Positions 12,959 through 22,385 of a stretch of 40,998 nt of DNA are shown here, piece after piece. The number at the start of each line of letters is the position of its first letter. Position 1 is the first letter of the stretch. The DNA is from Gemmatimonadota bacterium (lineage in GTDB: Bacteria > Gemmatimonadota > Gemmatimonadetes > Palauibacterales > Palauibacteraceae), in assembly GCA_046758745.1 (NCBI GenBank), contig JBHIAV010000027.1, forward strand, positions 1-40,998, given 5' to 3'. Under the pieces are notes generated by a model. That model did not search any database. It was not told the DNA's origin and was given only the letters and a program-made list of their open reading frames with translations. The position numbers and the translations under genes were made by a program.

Positions 12959-14324
12959 GTGCGGCGGCGCCGGCCGCGGCGACGGCTCTGGCCTCGGACC
13001 GCTCGCGGCGCAGCTGCTCTGCCCAGCGATCGATGACCTGGAGCGCCCGCCGGAAGATCGCTTCCCGCCGGGCCTTCCGCCCGCCCGGGCGTTCGAGTCC
13101 ATCCACCAGACCGAAGTTCGCGTTCATCGGTTGGAAGTGCTTGGGTTCGGCGTCCCGCAGATAGCGGTAGAGCCCACCCAGCATCGTTTCCGTCGGCGGC
13201 ACGACCGGCGGGAGACCATGGAGGAGCCGGTCGATGTTGAGGGCCGCGATGAGACCGCTCGCCGTCGACTCCGTATAGCCTTCGACGCCGGTGAGCTGTC
13301 CAGCGAAGATGATGTCCGGGCGGTCCGGTAGCCCTCCATGCGGCGCGAGAAGCTTCGGGAAGCAGAGATAGGAGTTCCTGTGGATCGACCCGAAGCGCAG
13401 GAACTCCGCTTCCGCCAGCCCGGGGACCATCGGGAACACGCGCTTCTGCTCCCCGATCTTCAGACGCGTCTGGAATCCGACCAGGTTCCACATGCGTCCA
13501 GCGCGATCCTCACGACGCAGCTGCACGACCGCGTGGGGCCGCGCGCCTGTACGCGGATCCGGAAGTCCGACCGGCCGCATCGGCCCGAAGCGCAGGGTGT
13601 CGCGCCCCCGCCGTGCCATCACCTCGAGCGGCAGGCATCCCTCGAAGTATGGAACGGCGTCCCACTCGTGGCCCTCGTGCACGTCAGCCGCCAGCAGGGC
13701 ATCCACAAAGGCTTCGTACCTTCCGCGGTCCATCGGGCAGTTCAGGTAGTCGGCCTCGCCCTTGCCGTAACGTGAAGCGAGGTAGGTGACCCCCTCGTCG
13801 ATGGATTCGCGGGAGACGATCGGGGCAATGGCGTCGAAGAAAGCGAGACCGTCCGCACCGAGCCGCCCCCGGATCGAGGCCGAGAGCGCGTCCGAGGTGA
13901 GCGGTCCGGTAGCCACGATCGCCGGACCGTCGGGCAACGTGGTGACTTCTTCCCTCCGCACGTGGATCCGTGGATGGGCGGTCAGCCGTAGCGTCATCTC
14001 GTCCGCGAACAAGGCCCGATCCACCGCCAGGGCATTTCCGGCCGGCACCCGGCAGCGCTCCGCCACCTCGAGGAGCAGGCAGCCCAGAGCCCGCATCTCC
14101 GCCTTGAGGAGTCCGTGCGGGGTGTCCGATGCCTCCGACTTGAAGGAATTCGTGCACACGATCTCGGCGAGCCGGTCCGTCTGATGCGCCGGCGTGCTCC
14201 GCCCCGGACGCATCTCGAACAGCTCCACGTGGTGGCCGAGCTCCGCGAGCTGCCAGGCCGCCTCGCTCCCGGCGAGCCCGCCGCCGATCACCGTCACTCT
14301 ACGGGCGGGAGCGACCGCGCTCAT
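12951..14324 (-). CDS. trmFO: folate/FAD-dependent tRNA U54 methyltransferase
   Basis: GGGLAGSEAAWQ, AEIVCTNS, YFEGCLP, VGFQT, AGQLTGVEGY, FQPMN. Confidence 0.97.
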   Translation of the reverse strand: MSAVAPARRVTVIGGGLAGSEAAWQLAELGHHVELFEMRPGRSTPAHQTDRLAEIVCTNSFKSEASDTPHGLLKAEMRALGCLLLEVAERCRVPAGNALAVDRALFADEMTLRLTAHPRIHVRREEVTTLPDGPAIVATGPLTSDALSASIRGRLGADGLAFFDAIAPIVSRESIDEGVTYLASRYGKGEADYLNCPMDRGRYEAFVDALLAADVHEGHEWDAVPYFEGCLPLEVMARRGRDTLRFGPMRPVGLPDPRTGARPHAVVQLRREDRAGRMWNLVGFQTRLKIGEQKRVFPMVPGLAEAEFLRFGSIHRNSYLCFPKLLAPHGGLPDRPDIIFAGQLTGVEGYTESTASGLIAALNIDRLLHGLPPVVPPTETMLGGLYRYLRDAEPKHFQPMNANFGLVDGLERPGGRKARREAIFRRALQVIDRWAEQLRRERSEARAVAAAGAAARG

Positions 14325-16918
14325 CGTCCTTTCCTCCGCGTCGGAGCGCCCTTCGCCACGGATTTCTTCTCCGACTTCTTCGGCGTTCGCTTCTTACGCG
14401 AGGCTCGGGCTCTTCTGGCAGCCAGCAGATCGAGCGCCTCCTCCAGGGTCACATCCTCGACCTCCAACTCCTTTGGCAAGGAGGCGTTGACCTTGCCGTG
14501 CTTCACATACGGCCCGTACCGGCCCTCGAAAATCTGCACGGCCTGACCGTCCTCGGGATGGGAGCCGAGATCACGGACCGGCCTCGCCGCGGTCCGCCGC
14601 CGGCTGCCGCGCCTCGGCTCGGCGAGCAGTTCGAGCGCCCGCTCGAGCGAGATCGAGAGCACGTCATCGCCCTCCCGGAGCGATCGGTAGTCGCCCTGGT
14701 GCACGACGTACGGCCCGTACCGTCCGATCCCGACACGCACCGGCTCCCCCGTCTCGGGATGCCGGCCGAGCTCGTACGGCATGGCGAGCAATCTGAGCGC
14801 GACCCCGAGCGTGACCTCTTCAGGGGGCATGTCCTTAGGCAAAGACGCCGTTCTCGGCTTCGTCTCCCCCTCGCCCGACGCGCCGAGCTGCACATAGGGT
14901 CCGAACCGGCCGATTCGTAGATACACCGGCTTACCGGTCTCGGGGTCCCGGCCGATCTCATCGGGTCCCTCCGCCTTCCGGCGGAGCCACTCCATGGCGA
15001 GCTCGTTGGTCAGCTCCGCCGGCGCGACGCCGTCGGGGATGGTGGCGGTGAGCGAGTGACCGTCGCGTACCAGCTCGAGGAAGGGGCCGTAGCGACCGAT
15101 TCGGACTCGCGGCTCGAGCTCCTCGAGCGCGACGGTGGACGCCTCACGCGGGTCGATCTGGCTCTCGTGTGTGGTGAGCTGCGCCTCGAAGCCGTCCTCC
15201 CCGTGGTAGAACGAGCTCAGGTACGACCTCCACTCGATCTGCCCGGCGGCTATGTCGTCGAGCGCGCTCTCCATCCTGGCCGTGAAGCCGACGTCGACCA
15301 GGTCCGAGAAGTGGTCTTCGAGGAGCCTCGTGACCGCGAACGCCGTGAAGGTCGGGACCAGCTGCTTCCCCTGCCGCACGGCATACCCGCGCGCGACCAC
15401 GTTCGAGAGGATGGTGGCGTACGTGCTGGGACGGCCGATTCCGTCGGCCTCAAGCTCCTTCACGAGCGAGGCTTCCGTGTAGCGCGGAGGCGGCTTGGTC
15501 TCGTGGCTGCGGACCTCGAGCCCGCGGCACTCCACCTCGTCCCCTTCCTGCATCTCCGGGAGGATCTCCTCGCGATCCTCCAGCGCCGCCTCCGGGTCGT
15601 CGGAGCCCTCGACGTATGCGCGGAAGAACCCGGCGAACTCCAGGAACTTCCCGGTCGCCCTGAAGACGGCATCCTCGCCCGCGATGAGGGCGGTAAGGTG
15701 GCGCTGGCGGGCGTCGGCCATCTGGCAGGCCACGGCGCGCTTCCAGATGAGGTCGTACAGCGCTCGGTCGCGGCCCGTGAGGCCGACCTCATCCGCCCTG
15801 CGCATCTCCGTGCCGGCCGGTCGGATCGCTTCGTGCGCTTCCTGCGCGCCTTTGGTACGGGTCCGGTAGCGGCGCGGCTCGGGGCTCAGGTACGCCGTGC
15901 CGTACAGGGCCCGTACCTTGTCACGGGCCGCCGCGATCGCCTGGCTCGACAGATGAACGGAGTCGGTCCGCATATAGGTGATGTGGCCGGCCTGATAGAG
16001 TCGCTGGGCGATGCTCATCGTCTCCCTGGCCGACATGTTGAGCTTGCGGTTCGCCTCCTGCTGCAGGGTGGAGGTGGTGAACGGCGGATACGGGCTGCGC
16101 GTCGACCGGCGCTGCTCCAGGGAAGAGACCTCGAACGATGCGGCCCGAAGGCGCTCCGCGTGCGAGCGCGCCGTCTCCTCATCCAGCAGCAGGACCTCCC
16201 GGCCCGTCAGCAGGCGGCCCGTCGACTCGTCGAAGTCCTTCCCGGTGGCCACTCGCAGGCCCCCGAGCGACAGCAGCCGTGCCCGGAACTCCGCTCCACG
16301 GACCGCCAACGTGGCCTCAAGGTCCCAATACGCGGCTGTGTGGAATCTTCTGCGCTCCCGCTCCCGTTCCACCATGAGACGCACCGCCACCGACTGGACG
16401 CGCCCGGCCGAGAGCCCGCGACTGATCTTCTTCCACAGGAGGGGAGACAGCTTGTATCCGACCAGGCGGTCCAGGACGCGTCGCGCCTGCTGCGCGTCGA
16501 CTTTCAGGAGGTCGATCTCACCCGGATTGCGAATCGCCTCCAGCACGGCAGCCCGTGTCAGCTCGTTGAAGGTGACGCGGCGAAACCGCCCTCCGTTCTC
16601 TCCGTCGTAGCCGAGGTGACGGGCGATGTGGTACGCGATGGCCTCTCCCTCTCGATCCGGATCGGTGGCCAGGAGGATCTCCTCCGCGCCCTTCGCCATT
16701 CGGCGGAGCTTGCGGATGACCGAGGCCCGCCCTTCGGTCGTCACCCACTGGGGCTCGAAGCCGCGCTCGACGTCCACCCCGAGCTCACTCTCGGGGAGAT
16801 CCATCACGTGGCCGACCGAGGCCTCCACCACGTAATCGTCCCCCAGGTACCGCTCGAGAGTGCGCGCTTTGGCGGGCGACTCTACGATGACCAGGTGTTG
16901 TATCTTCTTTTCGCCCAT
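14321..16918 (-). CDS. topA: DNA topoisomerase I, zinc-finger-less type with C-terminal repeats
   Basis: IVESPAKA, ATDPDREGE, SAGRVQS, catalytic ITYMRTD, GIGRPSTY; four GR(Y/F)GP(Y/F) C-terminal repeats; basic tail. Confidence 0.97.
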   Translation of the reverse strand: MGEKKIQHLVIVESPAKARTLERYLGDDYVVEASVGHVMDLPESELGVDVERGFEPQWVTTEGRASVIRKLRRMAKGAEEILLATDPDREGEAIAYHIARHLGYDGENGGRFRRVTFNELTRAAVLEAIRNPGEIDLLKVDAQQARRVLDRLVGYKLSPLLWKKISRGLSAGRVQSVAVRLMVERERERRRFHTAAYWDLEATLAVRGAEFRARLLSLGGLRVATGKDFDESTGRLLTGREVLLLDEETARSHAERLRAASFEVSSLEQRRSTRSPYPPFTTSTLQQEANRKLNMSARETMSIAQRLYQAGHITYMRTDSVHLSSQAIAAARDKVRALYGTAYLSPEPRRYRTRTKGAQEAHEAIRPAGTEMRRADEVGLTGRDRALYDLIWKRAVACQMADARQRHLTALIAGEDAVFRATGKFLEFAGFFRAYVEGSDDPEAALEDREEILPEMQEGDEVECRGLEVRSHETKPPPRYTEASLVKELEADGIGRPSTYATILSNVVARGYAVRQGKQLVPTFTAFAVTRLLEDHFSDLVDVGFTARMESALDDIAAGQIEWRSYLSSFYHGEDGFEAQLTTHESQIDPREASTVALEELEPRVRIGRYGPFLELVRDGHSLTATIPDGVAPAELTNELAMEWLRRKAEGPDEIGRDPETGKPVYLRIGRFGPYVQLGASGEGETKPRTASLPKDMPPEEVTLGVALRLLAMPYELGRHPETGEPVRVGIGRYGPYVVHQGDYRSLREGDDVLSISLERALELLAEPRRGSRRRTAARPVRDLGSHPEDGQAVQIFEGRYGPYVKHGKVNASLPKELEVEDVTLEEALDLLAARRARASRKKRTPKKSEKKSVAKGAPTRRKGR

Positions 16919-16961
16919 TTGATTCGCTGTCCGTGACGCCCGATGGGGCGCTGCGGCGGCT

Positions 16962-17567
16962 TCACGTTCCCGCGCGGGCCAGCAGCTCGAGGACGCACTC
17001 GGCCACCTCTACCGCGGTCCTCCCGTCCGTGTCAACCCGAAGCTCGGCCAGCCGGTACGAGGCACGGCGGCCCTCCAGGAACGTCCGGATGGCGCGCTGC
17101 GGGGGCTCCCGGCCGAGCAGCGGGCGCGTCTCTAGGTGGCTGCCGAGCCGCTCCAGCACGCTCTGCTCGCTCACCTGCAACCACACCCGCACGGCGGCGG
17201 TCCACCGGTCACGGAGCTCGGGGCGCGCCATCCACCCTCCGCCCGCCGCGATCACGATACGGCACCTATCATCGAGGCGTGAGGTAACTTCGGCCTCGAG
17301 GGCGCGGAAGGCCGCCTCCCCCTCCGACCGGAAGATCTCCGGTATCGTGCGGCCGGCGAGCCGCTCCACCTCCTCGTCCAGATCCACGAAGTCGTAGCCG
17401 AGTCGCCGCGCCAGGAGGCGGCCGACCGTGGTCTTTCCGGCGCCCATGAAGCCGACGAGAACGATCCGGCCGGGGAGGTCCCCGCGCGTCCCCGCGGCGG
17501 GCGGCTCGGGGGAGGCGCCCTGCACGCGGCGGGATCGTCCCCCCGAGCCCTGCGACTCACCGCGCAT
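16962..17567 (-). CDS. aroK: shikimate kinase (start uncertain)
   Basis: GFMGAGKTT, DLD, EGEAAFRALE, AGGG, RPLL. Confidence 0.93.
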   Translation of the reverse strand: MRGESQGSGGRSRRVQGASPEPPAAGTRGDLPGRIVLVGFMGAGKTTVGRLLARRLGYDFVDLDEEVERLAGRTIPEIFRSEGEAAFRALEAEVTSRLDDRCRIVIAAGGGWMARPELRDRWTAAVRVWLQVSEQSVLERLGSHLETRPLLGREPPQRAIRTFLEGRRASYRLAELRVDTDGRTAVEVAECVLELLARAGT

Positions 17568-18765
17568 CCGGGAAGCGCCGGGCGTTCACGCGGTCCAGAT
17601 AGGCGGCATGGTTCGCCTTCATCTCCCCCAGCGAGTCGCCCCCGAACTTCTCCCGCATGGCGTCGGCGAGCACCAGCGCCACCATCGCCTCGCCGACGAC
17701 GCCCGCCGCCGGGACGGCGCACACATCGCTTCGCTCGCGCACCGCTTCCGCCCGCTCGCCCGTCTTCACGTTCACGCTCTCCAGGGGCCGCCTCAGCGAG
17801 CTCAGCGGCTTCATGGCCACCCGTACGACGAGCGGCTCACCCGTGGTCGCCCCGCCCTCCAGCCCCCCGGCGTTGTTGCGCCGTCGCCGGTACCCCCCGG
17901 CCCGACGTCGGGAGGGATCGCGCTCGATCTCATCGTGCACTTCAGAGCCCCGGATTCGAGCCACCCCGAACCCCAGCCCGATCTCCACGCCTTTCATCGC
18001 CTGGATCGACATCAGGGCGCCGGCGAGTCGACCGTCCAGACGCCGGTCCCAGGAGATGTGGCTCCCCAGCCCCACAGGGAGACCGCGCGCCACGACCTCG
18101 AACACCCCGCCGACGGTGTTCCCTTCGCCCGCCGCCGAGTCGATCTCTCGGATCATCCGCTCCGTCGCTTCAGAATCCAGGCAGCGGAGAGGGGATTCGT
18201 CCGCGAACCCGTTCAGGTCGGTCGGCAGCTCATCGGGCACCCGTGCCTCGATGCCGCCGAGCGCCGTGACGTGACTCCCGATCGTGACGCCGAACTCGTC
18301 CAGAAGACGCTTCGCGATCGCTCCCGCCGCCACCCGAGCGGCCGTCTCGCGGGCGCTGGAGCGCTCGAGCACGTCCCGTGCGTCCCGCCGGTCGTACTTG
18401 AGGAGCCCTACCAGGTCGGCATGGCCCGGGCGGGGGAGGTACACGCGGCGAAGGGCCTGCTCGTCCGCCTCCGGGCGCGGTTCCACCGACATCGCGATCT
18501 CCCAGTTGGCGAAATCACGATTCCGGATCCAAACCGTGATCGGCGAGCCCAGCGTCTCACCGAGTCGTACGCCGCTCAGCAGCTCTCCGGCGTCGCGCTC
18601 GATCCTCATCCGCTCGCCGCGCCCGTAACCCTGTTGGCGCCGGGCCAGTTCCCGGGCGATGTCCAGCGGCTCCAGCGATAGACCGGCCGGGACGCCGTCC
18701 ACGATCACGGCCATTCCCTTCCCGTGCGACTCACCGGCTGTGGTGAAGCGAAAGTGTGTCAGCAT
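17557..18765 (-). CDS. aroC: chorismate synthase
   Basis: TAGESHG, RRQQGYGRG, RPGHAD, SARETAARVA, AGGLEGG, MKP, RSDVC; ATG at 18765. Confidence 0.97.
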   Translation of the reverse strand: MLTHFRFTTAGESHGKGMAVIVDGVPAGLSLEPLDIARELARRQQGYGRGERMRIERDAGELLSGVRLGETLGSPITVWIRNRDFANWEIAMSVEPRPEADEQALRRVYLPRPGHADLVGLLKYDRRDARDVLERSSARETAARVAAGAIAKRLLDEFGVTIGSHVTALGGIEARVPDELPTDLNGFADESPLRCLDSEATERMIREIDSAAGEGNTVGGVFEVVARGLPVGLGSHISWDRRLDGRLAGALMSIQAMKGVEIGLGFGVARIRGSEVHDEIERDPSRRRAGGYRRRRNNAGGLEGGATTGEPLVVRVAMKPLSSLRRPLESVNVKTGERAEAVRERSDVCAVPAAGVVGEAMVALVLADAMREKFGGDSLGEMKANHAAYLDRVNARRFPDAR

Positions 18766-18781
18766 CGCCCCTGCGGCTCCC

Positions 18782-18815
18782 AAATGAAACGGGGCCCGGC
18801 AGCTGCCGGACCCCG
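18782..18815 (-). terminator. intrinsic terminator after pilQ
   Basis: Minus strand CGGGGTCCGGC-AGCT-GCCGGGCCCCG (11-bp stem with one G·U) followed by TTTCATTT. Confidence 0.7.
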
Positions 18816-18906
18816 CGATCCGCCCCGTCCGCACCGGCCACCCGGGCCGCCCCCGCGCGGCCCGACGGGCCGCGCCTCACATCCGGCCGCCTCCGAGCGT
18901 CGCCAC

Positions 18907-20643
18907 CTAGCTCGGATGCACGATGTGGGGCGTCACCAGGATGATCAAATCCTGCTTCGTCTCTTCGCTCTTCGTCGTTCTGAAGAGCTTACCGACGAGC
19001 GGGATATCCATCAAGACGGGAATCCCGCTCTCGCTGCGGGTCACCTCGCTCAGGGTGAGCCCGCCGATCACCGCCGTCTCCCCGTCATCCACGAGCAGCC
19101 GGGTCCTTCCGATCTGCTTCTCGAAGGTGAAGCCGACGTCGGAAAGCCCCACCCTGAGCCCGGAGCGCTCGGCGGACAGGTCGAGCAGGATCTGGTTGTT
19201 GTTCGTGACGTGCGGCGTGACCTCGAGGATGATCCCCGTGTTCTCGAACTGCACGTTGACTGTCGCCTCCTGCACCTGCGCCGCCCGCTCGAGAATGCGG
19301 ATCGGGGTCTTCTCGCCCACCTGGAGGTAGGCCTTGTGGTTGTCCACCACCTGGACAGCGGGGGCGGCCTGCACGTCGGAGAGCTGGTGCTGCCGGAGCG
19401 CCTCAAGGAACACCGCCAGAGAGAAATCGCCGAACGCCGTGGAGGCCAGGATCTGAAGCGCGGGTGCGAGCAACCGGTCGTTCGCGTTCGCCAGGGCGGC
19501 GATCGAGCTGCCGCTGAGGTCGACGAGGGTCTCGTTGGTCGGCTGGCCCGGGTTGAACGGATCCTCGACCGCGATCACGTCGTTGATGGAGTTCCCGGTC
19601 CGATCCTTGAGGTCGTAGATGATCCCCAGCTCGTTGACGTCCGTGCGATCGACAAAGATGATCTTCGCTTCGATGGACACCTGCGGGGTGCGGATGTCGA
19701 GCAGGCGGACGAGGGTGTCCATGCGAGCCACGACCGACGGCACATCGGTCACGATGACGGAGTTCACGCCCTGGTAGGCGACGACCTGGCCGCGGTTCGG
19801 GGTCGCGAGCTTCTGCAGCGTGGCCGCCACGGAGTCCGCGCTCGCGTAGTTGATGCGGAGGACGCGGGTCTCCGTCAGCAGCGTGTCCCTGTTACGGAGG
19901 CCCTCCAGCCGATCGACGAGGAGGATCCCCTCGGCCTGCCGTCGCCAGCCGAGACCCTGAGAGGCGAGGATCGCATCCAGGGCGACATCCCACCGCTGAT
20001 CACGGATGTCGACGCCCCGCACCGCGAGGGCCGCCGCCTCCGCGCTGGGCACGATCGAGATGCCCGCGAACTCCGAGAATCCGGCCAGCACATCCAGCAT
20101 GCTGGCGCTGTCGTACGACACGGTGATGCGCGGTTGCTCCTGCATCGGCTCGCCGGGCCGCGAGGCCGCGGGGGGCGGTGCCGCGGAGGCCGGGGAGGAC
20201 GCCGGACTCCGCGTCTCCATCGCCACCTCCCGACGTTCCCGGCGGGCGGTGGTCCACGGTTCGAACGCTCCTCCGGGGTTGGCGAAACGGAGAGCGAAGC
20301 GACCGGGGGCCTCTTCGATCGTGTACAGCGGGTCCACCGTGAGGTCGAAGACGAGGCGCACGACTTCGTCGCGGAACTGGCTGCTCCGCAGGCGCACCAC
20401 CCCGCCCCGTCCGATCCCGTCGAACGTATGACGCGGCAGCGCGTGGGCGGCCCCATGGATGTCGACGATCATGCGGGGCGGGTCGGTGAGCCGGAACTCG
20501 GTCACCGTCACGTCTCCCTCCGTGAGCACGGCGATCTCCGTCTCGTCCCCGACCGGCGAGATGCGCACCTCCTGGACGCTGCCCGGTGTCCCGACCCACG
20601 TCCAGGCCGCCGCGATCACGGCAAGCACATGCAGCGCGAACAT
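18907..20643 (-). CDS. pilQ: type IV pilus secretin with N-terminal AMIN domain
   Basis: Signal peptide; AMIN motif FRLTDPPRMIVD; QVSIEAKI; GIILEVTPHV; GIPVLMDIPLVGKLF; LIILVTPHI. Confidence 0.95.
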   Translation of the reverse strand: MFALHVLAVIAAAWTWVGTPGSVQEVRISPVGDETEIAVLTEGDVTVTEFRLTDPPRMIVDIHGAAHALPRHTFDGIGRGGVVRLRSSQFRDEVVRLVFDLTVDPLYTIEEAPGRFALRFANPGGAFEPWTTARRERREVAMETRSPASSPASAAPPPAASRPGEPMQEQPRITVSYDSASMLDVLAGFSEFAGISIVPSAEAAALAVRGVDIRDQRWDVALDAILASQGLGWRRQAEGILLVDRLEGLRNRDTLLTETRVLRINYASADSVAATLQKLATPNRGQVVAYQGVNSVIVTDVPSVVARMDTLVRLLDIRTPQVSIEAKIIFVDRTDVNELGIIYDLKDRTGNSINDVIAVEDPFNPGQPTNETLVDLSGSSIAALANANDRLLAPALQILASTAFGDFSLAVFLEALRQHQLSDVQAAPAVQVVDNHKAYLQVGEKTPIRILERAAQVQEATVNVQFENTGIILEVTPHVTNNNQILLDLSAERSGLRVGLSDVGFTFEKQIGRTRLLVDDGETAVIGGLTLSEVTRSESGIPVLMDIPLVGKLFRTTKSEETKQDLIILVTPHIVHPS

Positions 20644-21077
20644 CAGCCTGGCTCCTGTTCCTGTTTCTTGACCCGGAGCGTCTCTCGCCGGCTGACTCCG
20701 AAGCCGGAGACGAGAAAATCGACCTCGGTCTCGCGAATCGCGAGCAATCGTGCGTCCCCGAGGCTGTCGCCTTCGCGGGCGCGATAGCGCTTCAGCGTGG
20801 CTCGATCGACCAGGACGGCCACGCTCCCGGCGGACGGACTGTAGATGACGCCCGTGAGCTCGAGGTCGTCGAAGCGAGGGCCCAACCCCTCGCCCGCCGT
20901 GAGCGGGACGAACGGATCCCGGCGGCCACCTCCCGGATAGACGAACACCTCTCGACGGAGGATGGCGGACGTGTCCGCTTCGACCTGACCGCTCGCCCCC
21001 GCTTGTTGGGCGTGCACGGGCGAAGTTGCCGCGGCCGCAAGCAGGAGGCCGATCACGGTTCGTACCGACCTACTCAC
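20643..21077 (-). CDS. pilP: PilP-like pilus assembly protein (start 21077 or 21089)
   Basis: Located between pilO and pilQ; Y…GRRDPF.P motif and LELTGVI beta-domain; signal peptide without Cys. Confidence 0.72.
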   Translation of the reverse strand: MSRSVRTVIGLLLAAAATSPVHAQQAGASGQVEADTSAILRREVFVYPGGGRRDPFVPLTAGEGLGPRFDDLELTGVIYSPSAGSVAVLVDRATLKRYRAREGDSLGDARLLAIRETEVDFLVSGFGVSRRETLRVKKQEQEPG

Positions 21078-21669
21078 TGCTCCCCTCATCCAGAGCGAGG
21101 TGTTCGGGCGGTGGAAGAACGAAGGTCTCGAGCCCGAACGTCGCCTCGACGAGCTGCCGTCCGCTCGGCGTCGTCTCGGCGGGCCGGATCTCCTGAATCT
21201 GCGGGCGGACGATGCGGTCGAAGGAGGCCACCCTGGTTAGGAGGTTTCCGATCGCATGGTACTCGCCCTGCACCTGCATCTCCCAGTCCTGTCGCAGGAA
21301 GTAGGCACCGCTGTCCGCGACCGGGGCCGCGGGGGCCACGTTGATCAGCCGAAGACCCAGAGCCTGCGTTTCGGTGGCGATCGCCTCGAAGATCGCGGGG
21401 ACCTCGGCGCGAGACGGAACGAGACGCTCGAGCGAAGCGAAGACGCGCTCGCTCCTCCTCAGCCTTTGCCGAAGCTCCTCCAGGTCGCCGATCCTCGACT
21501 CGGCCAGCCGGTTCTGGTGCTCCAGCTCGGCCAGGCGATCCTCCATCTCCCGAAGCTCCTCCAGCTTGTCCCGGTACGGGCGCATGTAGCCGAAAACGCC
21601 GGCGGCGAGAGCCAGAACGACGACCAGGACGTACACCTGCTGACGCGGATCTTGTGGAAGAAGCGCCAT
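21070..21669 (-). CDS. pilO: type IV pilus inner-membrane alignment protein
   Basis: N-terminal TM, coiled coil, LVPSRAEVP, G.YH…F.RIV. Confidence 0.9.
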   Translation of the reverse strand: MALLPQDPRQQVYVLVVVLALAAGVFGYMRPYRDKLEELREMEDRLAELEHQNRLAESRIGDLEELRQRLRRSERVFASLERLVPSRAEVPAIFEAIATETQALGLRLINVAPAAPVADSGAYFLRQDWEMQVQGEYHAIGNLLTRVASFDRIVRPQIQEIRPAETTPSGRQLVEATFGLETFVLPPPEHLALDEGSSE

Positions 21670-21673
21670 CCGC

Positions 21674-22327
21674 CTAGAACTCCTCCACCCGCAAGGGCTC
21701 CGTTCGCACGAGCGCCGGTGGCGGCTCCGTGTACGACACGACGAGGGTGAAGGCTTGGGCGACCAGATCCCGCACGATCTGTTGCTGGCTCCCCATGATC
21801 GACACCTCCCCGATGTAGGGAGATTCCCCGAGCCCGCGGACGAACGCGGTGATCGCGAGGGGGCTGGCGGCCACTCCCTGAATCTGCACCTGTAGGTCGG
21901 GCAGCGGGCTCTCGCGCTTGATCGCGGTCAACCAGGTGAACTCCGGCAGCGCCCGGCTGATCTCGTCGATCATGTGCGGCCACACGAAGCGGTCGCCATC
22001 CAGTCGGGAGACGAGATCCACGCGCTCACGGATCAACCGCTCGCGCTCCAGCAGGCTGTCGCTCAGCAGCCTGAGGTCCGAGAGGCGCGCCGAGTCCGCC
22101 GTCGCGCTCGCCAGGCGCGCCTCCACATCCCGCACATCCGCACGCTGCAGTACCCAGAGGAGCGCCAAGCTCAACACCACCAGCACCGGGACGGCCACCG
22201 CGGCCAACCCCCACGGCTCTCGGCCGACCAGGCCGCCTCTGAACCGCGCGCGCAGGACGAACGAGAGACGACCCCGCCGCCTCGCGGCTGCCTTTGCGCC
22301 GGCCGGGTGGAGGTTGACCTCGATCAT
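21674..22327 (-). CDS. pilN: type IV pilus alignment protein
   Basis: N-terminal IEVNLHP (INLLP variant), TM, coiled coil, W…ISRALPEFTWL. Confidence 0.9.
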   Translation of the reverse strand: MIEVNLHPAGAKAAARRRGRLSFVLRARFRGGLVGREPWGLAAVAVPVLVVLSLALLWVLQRADVRDVEARLASATADSARLSDLRLLSDSLLERERLIRERVDLVSRLDGDRFVWPHMIDEISRALPEFTWLTAIKRESPLPDLQVQIQGVAASPLAITAFVRGLGESPYIGEVSIMGSQQQIVRDLVAQAFTLVVSYTEPPPALVRTEPLRVEEF

Positions 22328-22385
22328 GCCGTGTCCGCCGCTCCCCCGCCCCGTGGCCGATACGGCGCCACCGTCCGACCCACCG

